From NCBI RefSeq assembly GCF_006345805.1, contig NC_043006.1, positions 103,044,001-103,108,000 of the forward strand: a DNA stretch of 64,000 nucleotides. The letters run 5' to 3'. The translations under genes and the position numbers were made by a program. The notes under the pieces are model-generated. The model was not told the origin of the DNA. It ran no database searches and was given only the letters and a program-made list of their open reading frames with translations. Position 1 is the stretch's first letter; each line of letters begins with the position of its first letter. The stretch is from Octopus sinensis. Lineage: Eukaryota. Positions 63,416 to 64,000 of this stretch are shown piece after piece.

Positions 63416-64000
63416 TAATAATAATAATAATAATGAAATTATTGTATACAGTGCTCAGGTGCACCACAACTTGTCAAAAGTGCGTATAAAGCAGATGCAG
63501 TAATGTACAAATGTCTGGAAAGCTAACAGTGTATGAGTCAGATGCATACTTGCGTGTGTATGGTGAGTGGGCGGAAATCAGGTGTAGTGGTGGTGGGTCT
63601 CAGGAAGCATGGAAGTTTTGAAGGATGCAGTGTGCTCCGACAACTAACAACTGATGTCGGCAGTTTGTTCCATGCTTCAGCAACTCTTAGCGTGAAAAAA
63701 ATGTTTCCGAAATTCATGGGAGCTGTGTTGTTTTCTGACTTTGTAAACATGTCCACGGGTGTCAGACAGGTGGAATTTGAAAAGGTGCTCAGAGTTATTG
63801 TTAGTCAGATGGTTAATAATTTTATGGGTGTCTGCCAAGTCAGTTGCCAGACGTCGGAGTTTCAATGTATCCATGCCCAGGGAAGTAAGGCGTTCAGAAT
63901 ATGGCAAATGCCTGATGGAGGGTATTATATTGGAGGAAGCACGTGCTGACAAATTTGACGCTGTGTTCTGCGTTTTGTGTGATTATGTCTGCAGGCTCCA
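63416..64000 (-). mobile_element. CR1-like LINE 3' end, runs off the window
   Basis: Minus strand: LPYSERLTSLGMDTLKLRRLATDL...TRGHVYKVRKQ...RKHFF/RVAEAWNKLP, with 3' UTR ending in (TTA)n at ~63416-63435. Confidence 0.87.

Overview
AT-rich, intronic or intergenic animal DNA. The SINE families, the dense (TA)n/(CA)n/(TATC)n microsatellites and the TTAGGG-type repeats point to a cephalopod, most likely Octopus (inferred from recalled repeat families, no database search). No complete host gene is visible, and nearly all ORFs in the track are microsatellite or transposon translations. The window holds: dozens of tRNA-derived SINEs of three families; decayed LINEs (two R4/Dong-like with restriction-like endonuclease, two RTE-like, two CR1-like); one Penelope-like (PLE) RT copy with a 5' inversion; six Tc1/mariner-superfamily relics (two full length with TIRs); a non-autonomous Helitron; and several MITE or fold-back elements, two of them carrying internal telomere-like repeats. 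The most notable signal is nine type-I hammerhead-ribozyme (HHR) motifs in four unrelated sequence families, two of them with intact cores, all three stems and a GUH cleavage triplet. Most sit in ~200-bp units next to (TA)n tracts or inside inverted repeats, the architecture of PLE pseudo-LTRs or retrozymes. Weaker host-gene hints are a few candidate exons, a possible recursive-splice (AG|GT) site on the minus strand and an RFX X-box near the right end. All alignments and folds were done by eye. TE boundaries are approximate unless TIR or TSD positions are given.
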